A stretch of DNA of 64,000 nucleotides from Lingula anatina. Lineage: Eukaryota; Animalia; Brachiopoda. Positions 12,502 through 39,875 of this stretch are shown here, piece after piece. The DNA lies in assembly GCA_051362555.1 (NCBI GenBank), contig CM120641.1, forward strand, positions 22,630,001 to 22,694,000, read 5' to 3'. How positions within the stretch are numbered: the stretch's first letter is position 1; the number at the start of each line of letters is the position of its first letter. Both the position numbers and the translations under genes were made by a program. The notes under the pieces are model-generated. The model was not told where the DNA came from. It made no database searches and worked only from the letters and a program-made list of their open reading frames with translations.

Positions 12502-15500
12502 TACGGCAATGATCCCAAACGTCTTGCCTCTCGTGAAATACCGAGGGGATTACAGCCTTTATGGAGCAAGAAGAAAAGATGGTTACTGTGTCATATTCAT
12601 GATTAATTTATAAATAATCTTCTCCAAATGACATCATAGTGAATAAAATGTAAATCAATGTGGCATTTTTCAAACAAAACTGAATTGTGTCCTGTTTAGC
12701 TGACAAGCGTTATTTAAGTTATTCATTCACTGCGTCTGTTGCACTAAATGTCAAAAAACAGTACAAGCACACCTATTCATACTGTAAATTTACTCAATGA
12801 CGTAACCCTATGAAAAAAAAATCCAAATAGGCTACCTTTCTAAAAATGGCGGCCAGAGCAGAAAAAGCTAAGAAACTTGATAGCGAATGACAAACCTGGT
12901 CATTGCAATACTCGTCATTACAGTATCAGGAAAATAATGGTAGCATTGGACGGTTCGGGTAAAAGGCGTGAGGGAAAGGGGGAGGGGATTGATAGCTTGA
13001 AAGAGTCCATGCAATGTATATAATTTGGTCGCTTTTTCTGTATAGTATTTCCTTCACGCCCGATGCCTACATCAACTTATTAATTTAAAACACTGCTAAA
13101 CGTATTTTCCAGACAGCTATTTTTTCTAATACATTGGTCTCGAATAAGGCATATTTTAGAAAAATTATGGCAATCAATCAGTAAAATCGCTTCATCTTTA
13201 TTATAGCCCATTTGACACAAGTCAACATGTATTGGCAAATGTAATATTGCTGAAACTGGTCAAATATTACCAAACAAATAATAATCAACACAAATTACGA
13301 AAGCATCCGCTTTCTTTATCGCGTTTGTCCACAACATACTGAAAGCAAACACCAACAAGACTTCTTAAAATGAATGTGACTTAATCGATCCAATCTAATA
13401 ACAAAGTTTCTGAAGCTTCCAGTATTTGTTCTGTCGATATAAGGGGCACGTCCAGTAATACCGTCAAATACAGTAGGGACCAAACAACGGAAACGGCGGC
13501 CACGTCTAAAATTGACAGAAATGGAATGTTACGACATGTTGTTGTTCGTGTACTAAGTGTGTTAATTATTTCATGTCTGTGACATACTCAGAGATATAGC
13601 ACATAGGTAGCTCGTTCAAACAGAGATATGGCACACAAGCCGCACACAGAGATACAGCACATAATTCAAGTATATCCTATAATATCAAAATTAAAATAAG
13701 CCATACAATAATTTTGTAACAGACTACTAGCGCACCTGGTGGTAATAGAGTAGCTCAAGTACAAGGACACAGCGCGCCATCAGGGGCATAAAATGCATAG
13801 ACGGGGGGGGGGGGGGGGGGGGGGGGGGGGGCTTATCTTATCTTATTAATAATAATGGTATCGGATGGATAAAGGACGCACCGAATTTAAGTAGCTGACA
13901 ACTTAAACCATATCCATAATGATGAAATGAAATTTCTGCACGCACTCGTCATACTAGCATTTTATGGTATTGCCTCTGACATACGGCACTATTTTGAATC
14001 AACGGCTCCAAAATCCTTCATCCAATGTCTGAATGAAGTGCAGTGGAGTTTCCTCTGTAATCACTTCTGCACACATGTATGTAGACTGTTTTAATCTCTT
14101 TTCCTATCAATGCGCCTTGACCTGTGCCAGGGATATATTCTCTCAAACATCTGAAATATGATCACTTTCTTTGCTTTCGGTTAAGTGACACTCGACAGGT
14201 TAGGCGGGCACCGTTATCAGGACGTTGGATTAAAAACTGCCATCTGGTCAAGCTTCTGTGTGAACTGGACACGCCCTTGAACGAAATATGCTTGTGAGAC
14301 CTACGTGTAAATAGTACAGAACATCCCTCACATGAACTAAAGTATAATTATTAGGCCGAGATTGTGGCACAGTTTATGAGGGAACAACGACTCTACAAAA
14401 GGCACCAATTTCGACTATCATTTTTGCTTTCAACCCTAAGTATTTGAACCAAAAAGGAAATGTACCAGAGGCAATATGTTACCGGTATAATGCTATTTAA
14501 TGAAATGTCGCCGAATTAAGACATTAATTCAGAGAAAGAATAATTATAAGTTGTCGGTTTTCCGTTATGAGACAACGAAGTTCATTTTTAGTCGGCTTTT
14601 TCAAAATCTGCCTTAGCCCAATAGACCATCTGATCAGTTTTGCGTCAGGTTATATTAAATTTTTTTATTTTGGCTTTGGCTTTAAATTATGGAACAACAA
14701 TAGTATGTGTATTACTTTATTTTAATTTTATCCAAAATGTAAATGTTGCACATATGTGAGCCATGATCCCTTGACACATTGGAATTTTATGTTCAATCAA
14801 ATAGGTAACAAGAAGCAAATAATTTGATTACCTATGGTAAGCTAAAATATAACATAAAGATTTTAAAAATCCATCATCTTTCAGTGATGTCATTCTGACA
14901 ACAATCACAGCACATATCAATAAATTGATTTCACTAATCAATAATGCATTCACTTGTCAAAAGACAAATTTGACATCACAATTTTCATAAAATGATACAA
15001 TATCATTCATAGAAAGCACTATGCATAATACATGAGGCAATTCAAATATAAATTCCCCATCATTCATTAGTGCTTTTTGTGTTCAGTTATTGAAGAATCA
15101 TCAATGCTTGTTATTAGATCATGTGCACATTGACTTCTCATGCTTGCTTCTGTATATGTTATTTAGTTATTTTTTTAACTAAAAATAGATGAAAACAATA
15201 ACCATTAATTGGCAATAAAGATATATAAACCAAGTTAAGTATTTGCGAGAGAAGACCCTCTAACATGTAAATGTTACTCCATGCATGTTACGCCACTGAT
15301 GTAGAATGTGGAATAGCTTTTTTAAAGAAAATACTCAGATACATGTTTATATCCAATACCTAGTATACTCTTTTATATATATTATATATTGCTGTTTTTT
15401 GTGTGGTATGCGTGTTTGACACACAATTTTTTTCAATTCCCATATACACATTATTACCACATATTTTCTGTAATTTCAAACTGAATTCTTCAGTAGTAAG

Positions 15501-15563
15501 AAGTATATGTAGTCTCCCACTGGAAGATTTGTGTCCTTTTAAATACAGTTCTTCAGTGTTAGT

Positions 15564-30032
<14,469 letters not shown>

Positions 30033-30062
30033 GGTCGTAGGTCCTCCTCCGATAAAACAACC

Positions 30063-30100
30063 CACGTGAATTTTTGGCCTTGACCTTTTATGACCTACTT
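30063..30100 (-). promoter_or_regulatory. Candidate MTHFD1 proximal regulatory motifs (E-box; nuclear-receptor half-site cluster)
   Basis: CACGTG at 30063-68. Minus-strand AAGTAGGTCA-taaa-AGGTCA-AGGCCA at 30075-30100, 43-68 nt upstream of the ATG. Motif match only. Confidence 0.35.
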
Positions 30101-33100
30101 TCACTGTGTTCAGAAAGGGGTGTGGCTGGTATGGCCATATGTGACTGGAGTGCATCAACAGGGCAATGTTGTTTCTTTTAGTCCTGGGATACAAGTCCCA
30201 GTGCACGCATTCCTAGTAATGGGAATCCTAATGCAGACATGGATAGGATTTTATGTCCGAAGATCGATGGTTCAGAAATAACAGCGTGAAGTAATAATGC
30301 AAGTCCTAATGGGAAGTGGATTACCAAAATTGAAGTACACATACACATATGTTATATGAATGATTGGATTTATAAATACTATATTTTAGGTATACCAAGT
30401 TTTTGTTGAATTTCATGAAATTGACATCTTATTTCCATATTTTGTGACAATTTATTTTTCGATATATGGGTGGGGAGGGGGCTATGTAGGGGCTATGTAT
30501 GTAACAAAAACAAATATCCCAGCTGTTTTTGTTCATTTATATTGTTTTATTTTTCCTCTACATCAACTTTTTGATTTCTGGCATTGACGCTGGTTTGAAA
30601 TGAGGGAAACGCCACACTGGAGCTCGGAATTGAGATTAATTTTTTTTCTGATTGTGGGAGGAAGAGTTACAAACTAAAAAAACTTCTTGAAATATTTTTT
30701 TGAACAGTTTGGACCGAGGATTTAAAAAGATACTCAAAAAAATATACTTGATGCCCCATCTTTCAAACATAAAATAGAGGGGCGAGTGACTAGTATTGTG
30801 ATGTTGGCTGTGTTGTTCCAGCGAAACTGAGCCTTCGTTCGTTCTCGAAGCCACGGGAGCAAAACCGGTGTGGCAAGAATATAATAAAAGTCCAGATCGA
30901 AGTACAAGAAGTCCTATATGTATTTATTAGAATTATGAGTAAGGAACCTAGGTTTCATTAGGACTACTGTCCCAAAAAGATGGTGGTCCGTAGATCCACT
31001 TCCAAGGACAAGACCAATGAAACTAAATTGCCTCTATTATCACGGTCAAGTTTTAAAATTATGCCAGCGATGGCGATTGCGATCCAATCCCTATTAAAAG
31101 GGTGTAACGCACGACATACCTGCTTAAATTATTAAAAGTGAATGTAATAATTCATTTGAGATGGTAGTTCCCCGTCAGATGCTTTATATCTGTAAGGTTG
31201 GCAAGCGAAACGAGGGAAGAAACACAAAAACAATTGACCAATCCCCTTTAGCAAAATCGTTGATAGATCTTGATACACCATTGCCGGCCCGGCAATTCTT
31301 ACAAAGAGCCTCTGAGCACAATGTATAATTCAATTAGGCGATATAATTTCTCGCATTACTGCGCTCCTTTTTTGCACTGATCTCTCCTGCACTTACTTCC
31401 GTAGTCCAAGTAAGAAAGCCTCGGAGGGTCTATCAGGGATAATCAAAGATCTTTTAAAGTAAAAATTGAACATCTGAAAAAGATTTTACGTCCCGCCTTT
31501 TATTGCGGGATTGCGGCTAGTTGCAGGAGTACCATGTAGGCCTTCTGCGTAGATCTGCGTAATTGTAAGATGAAAACACATGTAGGACCCACGGAGCTCA
31601 GCTGCAGCTTATTATTGTTTTAAAATATCTTATGGTTTTTTATACATGACATGTATATTTAAACTTTTGAATCTCGTAATTCATTTTCACACAATCTACA
31701 TCATCCGTTCGTCTATTTAATTTTCTATTTAATTATTGCACGAAAAAACCCAGAAAATACTAATGTGACGGTGTTAAATTTGTGTATGCTGTCAGCAGGC
31801 GCTTAAACGTGTACAAACAAGCATTTTGGATCGGGGAGCACCGCAAATACAATAAATAACATGACAGACCAATTATGAAGACACTTGGGAGTATAAACGA
31901 GGCTTGCTATAGAGGCTGACGTATAAATATTGTATGTGACAACGGTTATACATACAACTTTGAGCGTATGGAATCACCCCCGTTTCCTGCCTATAAAAAT
32001 GAAAATATAAGATAATTGTTTTTGAACTTGATCAAAACATTTTATCTCTCTCCGGGTATGCAGACTATATTATTTGCCTACGTACTCGAGACGTATAGGC
32101 CTACGACATAAATCTAACATGTATGCGAATGGGTAATTTTTCTCATACGTTAGTGCTCTACGCTGGGTGTTTACACTGGGAATGCATTTCCAATGCATTT
32201 CTTATTTCCGTGATCCTGGTCTTATCTTCTGTGTTCTTGTTTGAAAAGTTCTTCAAACAGTGCATTTCGGACGTGGTGATTTTTGCCTTCAAGTGTTTTC
32301 TTTAGAGCCCAGGTCCGGAACTTATGTGTTTAAAGATATTTTTCTTCTTGAGAGACTTTCAGCTCACAAGAAAAGTAATGGCTCGATCTTTTCAATGGAC
32401 AAAAATGATCCAACTTTCAGAAACAATTTTATAATCACAATGTGTATTTTTAAGAATAGCATTTGTGGTGCGTTTACTGTATAGAATAGAACAATAGAGT
32501 AGCTTCAATAGGAACGTGCCGATTTTAAGAAATTATTATTTATAAAATACAGTATCTGTAAAATTCACAATTTCCTCTGTTGAAAAGGTCGAGTAATTAC
32601 TCTAACTGACTTTGATGGGTCAAGCTTCAGCGCTTTTCTCTTTGCGAAAGACCTGAAGACAGATGAAGGCAGAGGTGACCAAACGGTATTGTTAGGTCAT
32701 CTCCATGTTGCAATAAAATATTTGGAAATTAATTTTTAAGGGGTGAGCTGTTCATATACTACATTATATTACTTAAATATAACCCACAGCATGAACTCTC
32801 GTGTTTTATTAAATCCATACGTGCACTTCCCACACTGAAATAATACCCGAAAAAACAACTATGTTTGTAAGAACGTTGCTTTTTTAAATTTTTGTTTCTC
32901 TTTTATAAACTCATTTTGAAATAGATCGTATACGGCATTCTGTGACTGTTCACAAGCTGTGCACATTTCTATTCTGTGAAGAGAATCTTTTCTGGCCTTT
33001 GTTAGAGATTTACTACATACACGCATGTAAACAGGACGTGACTCCGTTGTCCCATTTCATCATGTAGTAAAAGCAAGAAATCATAAAATGAACGAAGAAT

Positions 33101-34068
33101 TAGTCAAGAAATACTTATCCTTATGAATTCATAAAAGAAATATTCATCCTTATCAATTGATAAAATACATAATCCGCGAGTCAAACCACAAGTACTTCTG
33201 GCGGGATGCGCAATCACGAAAATGTTGCACAGCGGTTGTTGCAAGTACCAATACAAAAGGACTTTGAAATTGTCGAATTGGTTCAAAAAAAGAAATCAGT
33301 AACTTTAGATTTATACTTTATTATGTATTATTTAATAAGGATATTTGATGAGTTAACCAGGAGTTTCCTGTGCCGCTACTGAGAACATTTTGTTTTATCA
33401 GACTTTTTTCTATTTCTTTGAAATTGTTATCGGGGAAGGGAAAAGAGATCCTCAAATTTGGCTTGAAGACCTGAATGTTAATATTGTATTGTACGAAAAT
33501 TGTATATTGTATGAATGAATATATATAACTTAAATCCATCTTAAAATAACTATAGACCGGAGAACTAAATTACAATATTTCCGTTTACATGAAAGCATAA
33601 ATATCACATACCACTCACACAAAAAACTTCGTTACCGTCTCTAAACAGGCGCGCTGCAACACCTTCTGCGTGCAATCTCGTTAACTGAATGTCCTGTTCA
33701 TCAGTGGCGACGGAACTTTAAGTTTAGGATTTGTTCCTCGTACCTTGCAATTAATAAATTATAAACCTACAATCAGCTAAGATCAGCATAATTCTTTCAG
33801 AATGCAACTATTGTACAAACACAGATAATAATGAAGCTTACATTTCGTGATAGTGACATTAAGTAGGAAAAAAAATATATTGTACTTATAGATGAACAGC
33901 GTAAGGTTTTTTTGAGACAAACCCATACTTATTTTCCTGGGGCAAGCAATATTTTTCATACTGACCAACCCGTGATACTCTTTCCACGTCACTCGCCATA
34001 ATTCTGTAACAATCTGGGAAAATTTAAAAATCCTTTTAAAATGTCGCCATCACATCCAACACTGACAT

Positions 34069-34240
34069 GGGGTGCAACAGGAATGGAAGTCCGCTAGGAA
34101 TCGCAGGCCGTTCCCCATTACTTTGTACAGGTGACATTCGTCCCATATACTAACCCCAATGCTCCAACTAACCCTAACCTGTACTAATCATAGAGGAGCC
34201 CGGTCTTCCACTCCTAGGACTGCCATTCCTGTCACACCGG
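34069..34240 (-). mobile_element. Short MITE-like element, copy 2 (inverted relative to 12329-12501)
   Basis: Contains caggtgacattcgtcccatatactaaccc...ctaaccctaacc, the reverse complement of the copy-1 interior. Ends CCATTCCTGTCACACCGG. Confidence 0.75.
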
Positions 34241-34740
34241 CTTGCGCGTGATTCAAAACTGTGGTGGTAAGAATCGTCTGGAGAAGATAAATTAAATAAT
34301 TTTTGGCGGCATTAATTCATGACATTTATCTGTTAAAAGCTCTGGATTTCTTGTTCTCGGATAAGTTCAACAAGAAATGGTTTGTGTACTTTACCTATGT
34401 TTAAATTCTTACACTTTGTCCCTGTAATGCAGACTCTTTAGTCAACCCTTCAGATTGCTTTTCATATATGAGGCTCGAAAATTCAGTTTATATGAAAAGC
34501 AGATGTATAAATTTCTTTTATAGCAGTCCAGCAGCTTCTGTACTTTGACTGATGTGATTTTAAACTGAAAATTTCTGGGCAGTTAATGTTACGAAGGGTT
34601 ATAGCGACCCTCTCTCTTTCTTGATTGCACTAGCACATAATGCAAAACAATCGTTTTTCTTCTTCTTAATATGACCACGCCTTGCTGAAGTTGCCTTTCA
34701 TTTGCCAACATTTTCCATCGGTGGTGTTTCCATACATTTT

Positions 34741-35806
34741 TTACATATCTTCGTCGTCTACTCCGGACCCGCTGCCACTCTGCGTCTCTGGAAGAATTGA
34801 AAAATAAATTGTTAATTCAATCATTTCTTAAAGATAAAGTATATTCCATCTGCTGTATCTTTAAGCTGCTAAATAATTTTCTATGTGAAACTGTTTTTCT
34901 CGTTGAAAAACCCATTCAGTTTAACATTCTAACATTTGGTAACCCTACTGCGGTTTTTTTCACCTTCATCAGACCATGAACGGTGTACATAACCTTTTAC
35001 AGGAAATATTTCAATCATTCTCTACATTTTGAAAAACAGAGTTCAACTTAAAGAAGTTTTTAAGCCATTTTAGCCATATTGTCATCATACCATACTGATA
35101 TCTTACCAACATCTATTCCGTCTCTATTTTTGCCTTTATGAGTGGCCATTAGAACGTCCGTGATCTCAACAAGGTCAAGCCTAAGCTGACTGACCATGGC
35201 ATTGGTGGTCCGCTCATTGACCACTACCTCCGGGTTACTGCGCTGATATATCAAACCTCCGACTACTTCGTTCGGAAGATACCTAAAACAGTGGAGGGAA
35301 TTTCGTATAAAATCGTGCGCAGTAATGATAGAAATCCACCATTGCTCTCCCCTCCCCTTCTCACTCACGGCAACTGCACTAAAGCCGAACAAGCACCAAG
35401 ACACTCCCTTAGGAGGGCACTTGAAGTAGTGATGGCGCTTTGATTGAAAAGTGACGCAGCTGCTCTAGAATTAGTGTTTTTTCACTCGAAAACATGCTAA
35501 AGCTGCGCTTTTCTATAAACTTTATTAACTGGTAAATGTAGAATGTTGGGGTCTGTTTCACAAGAGAACTTCAGAACGAAAGTTACTTATTTTGACCCAA
35601 GACAGATCATTAGCAGTATACTTAAATGAAAAATTAGACCTGTTTTATACTAAGAAAGACATAGGCACCTTTTAAGACCAACAGTCACTTTTTTAATGGC
35701 ATACTGCACGTTTCTGAATATACCAATAATGAAATGTTTCAAAATAAGTTAACACTGAGTCTTGGTCTAAAATTCTGGTGTGGAGACAGCCCCACGAGGA
35801 GTTTAA

Positions 35807-35845
<39 letters not shown>

Positions 35846-38800
35846 GTGGGGGGGGGCAGCTAAAAGAGGACCTGCTTCATTCCCTTTACTCTGTTATTCC
35901 AATTTAACATAATTTCTCATGTTGGTCATAGTCTACTATTAAAGTAATATTAAACCTAGACACATGCGTTCCGTTCCAACACTTTTCTTTTTCCGTAAAT
36001 GGCGTGGCTAGCTGATCACAAATTCGGGAGTGAAGCTGTTGCCATAGATTCTCCGCGCCTGCCTGAGCTCGTCTCGCTGACTGGAGGATGCTCTCAAACT
36101 CGTCTTGTGTCATCATGTCGCGTCTGAATTCGTAAGATGTCGCGTCTCCCATGGCTCTCTTTTGTCGCCGTCTCAGGAAGGAAGACAACGGACCACAAGC
36201 TGCGGTAACCTGAGGGTGACACGAATATTCAAGCATCTCAGAGACAACGCAGACAACAAGTATAACCACGGCATGCAGTGAGAGTTCACATTTAGATCAC
36301 AATCCTCTTTATTCTGCCATAAAAGGTCAAACAAATCAAATATCCTCTTGCTTTCTTTCCATAGCAAGTTATTGAATACAACACGTATATAATGAATCAC
36401 TTTTCAAAAGCAGAGATCTGAAAAAGAACTCTTTCTTTCGTAAACCAAGATAGATTTAAGGGTCATTTAGATTGTCGCGGGTACATCAAATATACAAGGA
36501 CCTCAAAAGAAATAATTAAAAACGTACAAGTCCTAGGTTCTTTCAGTTCCAAAATATCACGTAGAGGTTTTCTGCAAGAATCAGAACTAGGACAAAGCAA
36601 AGCCTATTTGGATGATAAACCAATAATCCGCAGTGTTGCTTCAATTTCACGTTTTGAGCAAGTACTGAGGTTATATTCAAAAATTATGCCCAGGCTTCAG
36701 GCAACACGCTAAGTCACGGACAAAGACTATGATATCATTAGTAATCTAGACAAGGAGCATTTTTTCTAATAACAGATTCTCTGTCTATAATAGAGGCAAT
36801 TGGGCGCCCAAATTTATCTCCCTCATTGAGAAAAGCTGTGCCCTCAACAGGTTCTTACCTTCGCCGTAATATTTTCGGAGTTTTCTTGATATGTTAAGAT
36901 GGCGTCACTGATGTGGATGGCTACAGTGTTCAGGATTACGTCAATGTTAAAAACGGACTGAACGCGCGTTTCCAGCATAGCCAGTGCATCTGGGAAAAAT
37001 TTGAATAACAGAAAGAGACAATTAATAATTTTTTATGTAAAAAAACAGTTTACATATTTAGCAGAAAACTTCATAGAAAAAAAAGAGCCCAAAATGTCAC
37101 GTTTTAATGTGTAAAGCAACATATCTTTCAAATAGAATGCACAAACAATTTAGAATCTGTGGGAGTTTTCAGAGTCCTGGATTCAAGATGAGCAAAGAGG
37201 CACTCTCAGAGTGTAATCTATTCTTTTTCAAATGCTATTTCTTAGCTTCACCACAAGATGAAAGTTCTTTTTCAAACCAGTGTCCATCACACTAGGCAAA
37301 TCTCCCGGGCAAAAAGCACAATCACCCATAAACTTGTTTGTTTCATAACAAAACCTAATATCTACCACTTCCACTAACCAATATATGTCCTCCATGTCCG
37401 TGTCAGCTCCCAATGCTGGGCATAGCACCCCTTCATGACGTTCACACAGAAACCCTGACACGGGCGGACGTCACAACGAGGGCAGAATTGCAACTGTGTC
37501 GCTGCCTGCATGCACTCGGCCGTCAGGGGGAGCTGAAGTGTGTTAAACAAAAGTAAATGCTTTTTATTCCATGCTTAATCATCAAAGTTTGGTTACAATT
37601 TATTTTGAAAGTTATTGTAAGTTTTATGCATTAAAACTGCTAGCAAAATTAATGTCTCACATTTTTTATACTCGCAGGGATTAAGAATATAAGGGCGTAA
37701 ATCACATTGACAAAACACATCTCCCGAATCTATTCCTTCGATTGAGAGCTTTTTGGAGACATTACCGTAGACAGGTCACTCATGACTTTCGCTCCTGATT
37801 TCAAACCATAGATCAACCCCCGAGTGGCTTGGGACGCCTTCCGAAGGCCCCTGCCCAGTTTCTGATCAGCCCCACGGAAGCCCTCACTAATGACGTCCTG
37901 TTGGTCATGTACGCGTCCCACACAGTCTAGATAGCGCTGGTCCAGAGACGCAGGATGCAACAACCGGAATAAACGATGCGACAAATCCCTGAAGAAGGAA
38001 TTCACCTTTCCTTCTAGATCCACAGACTTGCCGTCTATGTAATCGTACATGTCATTAAATAATCTCTTGAAAGCTGGCTCCATCTTTTCATATAAAAGAC
38101 CATATGTTCGCCGAAAAAGGACTGATGCTTCCCTTTCTTCCATGCGGATACGACTCAAGACAAATTCTGGAAATAAGAAAAAATCCTCAACAAGACGGTA
38201 TTTTACACATGTCATCATATAAAATGATAAAAGGGAACGAAGAGAGGAAAATAAAAATGCAAGTGGGGTTTGGATATATATAAACTTTGAGCAAATAATT
38301 TCAGTATTTTTTTTATCCACATCAATACACCAAACATTTTGAAAACCACTCTGCGTCAGTATACGCTGTCATTATGTTGTCATATGACCCAGTAAAAATC
38401 TTGAGTCTGGTGTGTAATATTACTCTGCCAGAGTCTAATATTAGTTTTTCCCATGACTTGCTCCCAATGTCTTTTATCTACACGCTTATTACATGAGATT
38501 GCGCCTCAGTTATGGAGAAATACAGAACACTTGTCGGATTCTGTAGGTGTGTTTACACTAGGCGCATACCCAAACCGATCCCAGATATATTGCACGTCGT
38601 TCTGTAAATGTCATCTTGAAGTAATGCACTTCTTTTCAGTAGTCTGAGCTAAAAAACATGTGGTCTTTTATCTGACAGGTAGTTTACCAGATTTGTCCTA
38701 GGTACAGGTTTTACTAGTACTTACGTTTTAATTTCTCGGCCAGTGTGAACAGGCTGGACTGGTAGGGACTGGTTATGTTCATGTAAATGTCCATCATCTG

Positions 38801-39777
38801 ATGACGTGTGAACGAAAGTAGACCGGGACCACAACCACACGCTGGACCTGTCCTCATTAAAAAAAAAAAGAAATTGAATAAAGAGGTTTTTTTTCATCGC
38901 TCAAACAACCATGCCCCAATACATGCACAATACGGCAAACTTTCCGCGACCAGAAAACTGAATACTTTGCCTTTTATTTCAGACAAACAGCATTTTATAA
39001 GTGATTTCTAATTGTTGGTCTTGTCGTTTGGAATATAAGATTGAATTTCTATTGAAAATCGAACAGACGTAGACGTCTCATAGCAAATATATTCATTCGA
39101 GAAAAAAAGGAAATAGAAACCGACGGGTGAAGTATGAACATCAGTCTAACTTATCATATTAGTCCTTATCAAAGTATATACATGTAGACAAGTTTCTTGT
39201 ATGTTGACGAATCTGTTTACGTCAAAAAATATTTTGATTCCTCTAAACTTTTCGTCCCATCGTGTCATGAATACTAGATGCAGCTTTAACGTACTGCCAT
39301 AAAACATCATCTAAAACTACTATTAAAGAGGGAAGTATCGTATTTGGTTACTCAAATTCAAGTGTAAATAGAGTAAATGGTTCGCGCAACATGAGCCTAC
39401 CAAGAGGTCTGAATGCATAGATACACTCCACTCTACGAGAGGGAGACTTACATCATGTTACTGCAAAACACACACACATTAAGGGACAGTTATCCTAATT
39501 TACTAAAAGCCTTTTTCAGTTCTTGTAACCTCAGTGAACTGTGAATTGGAAAAAAACCGAATACAACCTAAACATCAGCGCCCGACCTTTGTCAAGCTCT
39601 TGGGATATGCTTGGCGAGTTTTAGATACACAGATCTTCATTTTTCGGTGGAGGTCTATGATGTTGACCTTGGCAAATGCGTATCTGATTTATTTTAAGTT
39701 GAGAAAGTTATACAAAAAAGACATGGAAAACAAACCCCCTTTAATTTTTTCTGATTTTTACAGATGAAAATAAAAAG

Positions 39778-39875
<98 letters not shown>

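Noticed and set aside
13588-13662. Three short cagagata(t/c)(a/g)gcaca repeats and the nearby poly-G tract (13803-13831)
   Set aside because: Short, low-complexity intergenic repeats with no further structure, and homopolymer length may be a sequencing artefact.
30150-31030. Recurrent (g)tcctaatg/cattaggac motifs and a short inverted pair upstream of MTHFD1
   Set aside because: Suggestive of a decayed transposon, but no TIR/TSD boundaries could be defined.
34690-34743. Stop-codon readthrough restoring a GPI signal to the glypican
   Set aside because: TAA-A is a poor readthrough context, and the in-frame extension (KCMETPPMENVGK*) is short and hydrophilic.
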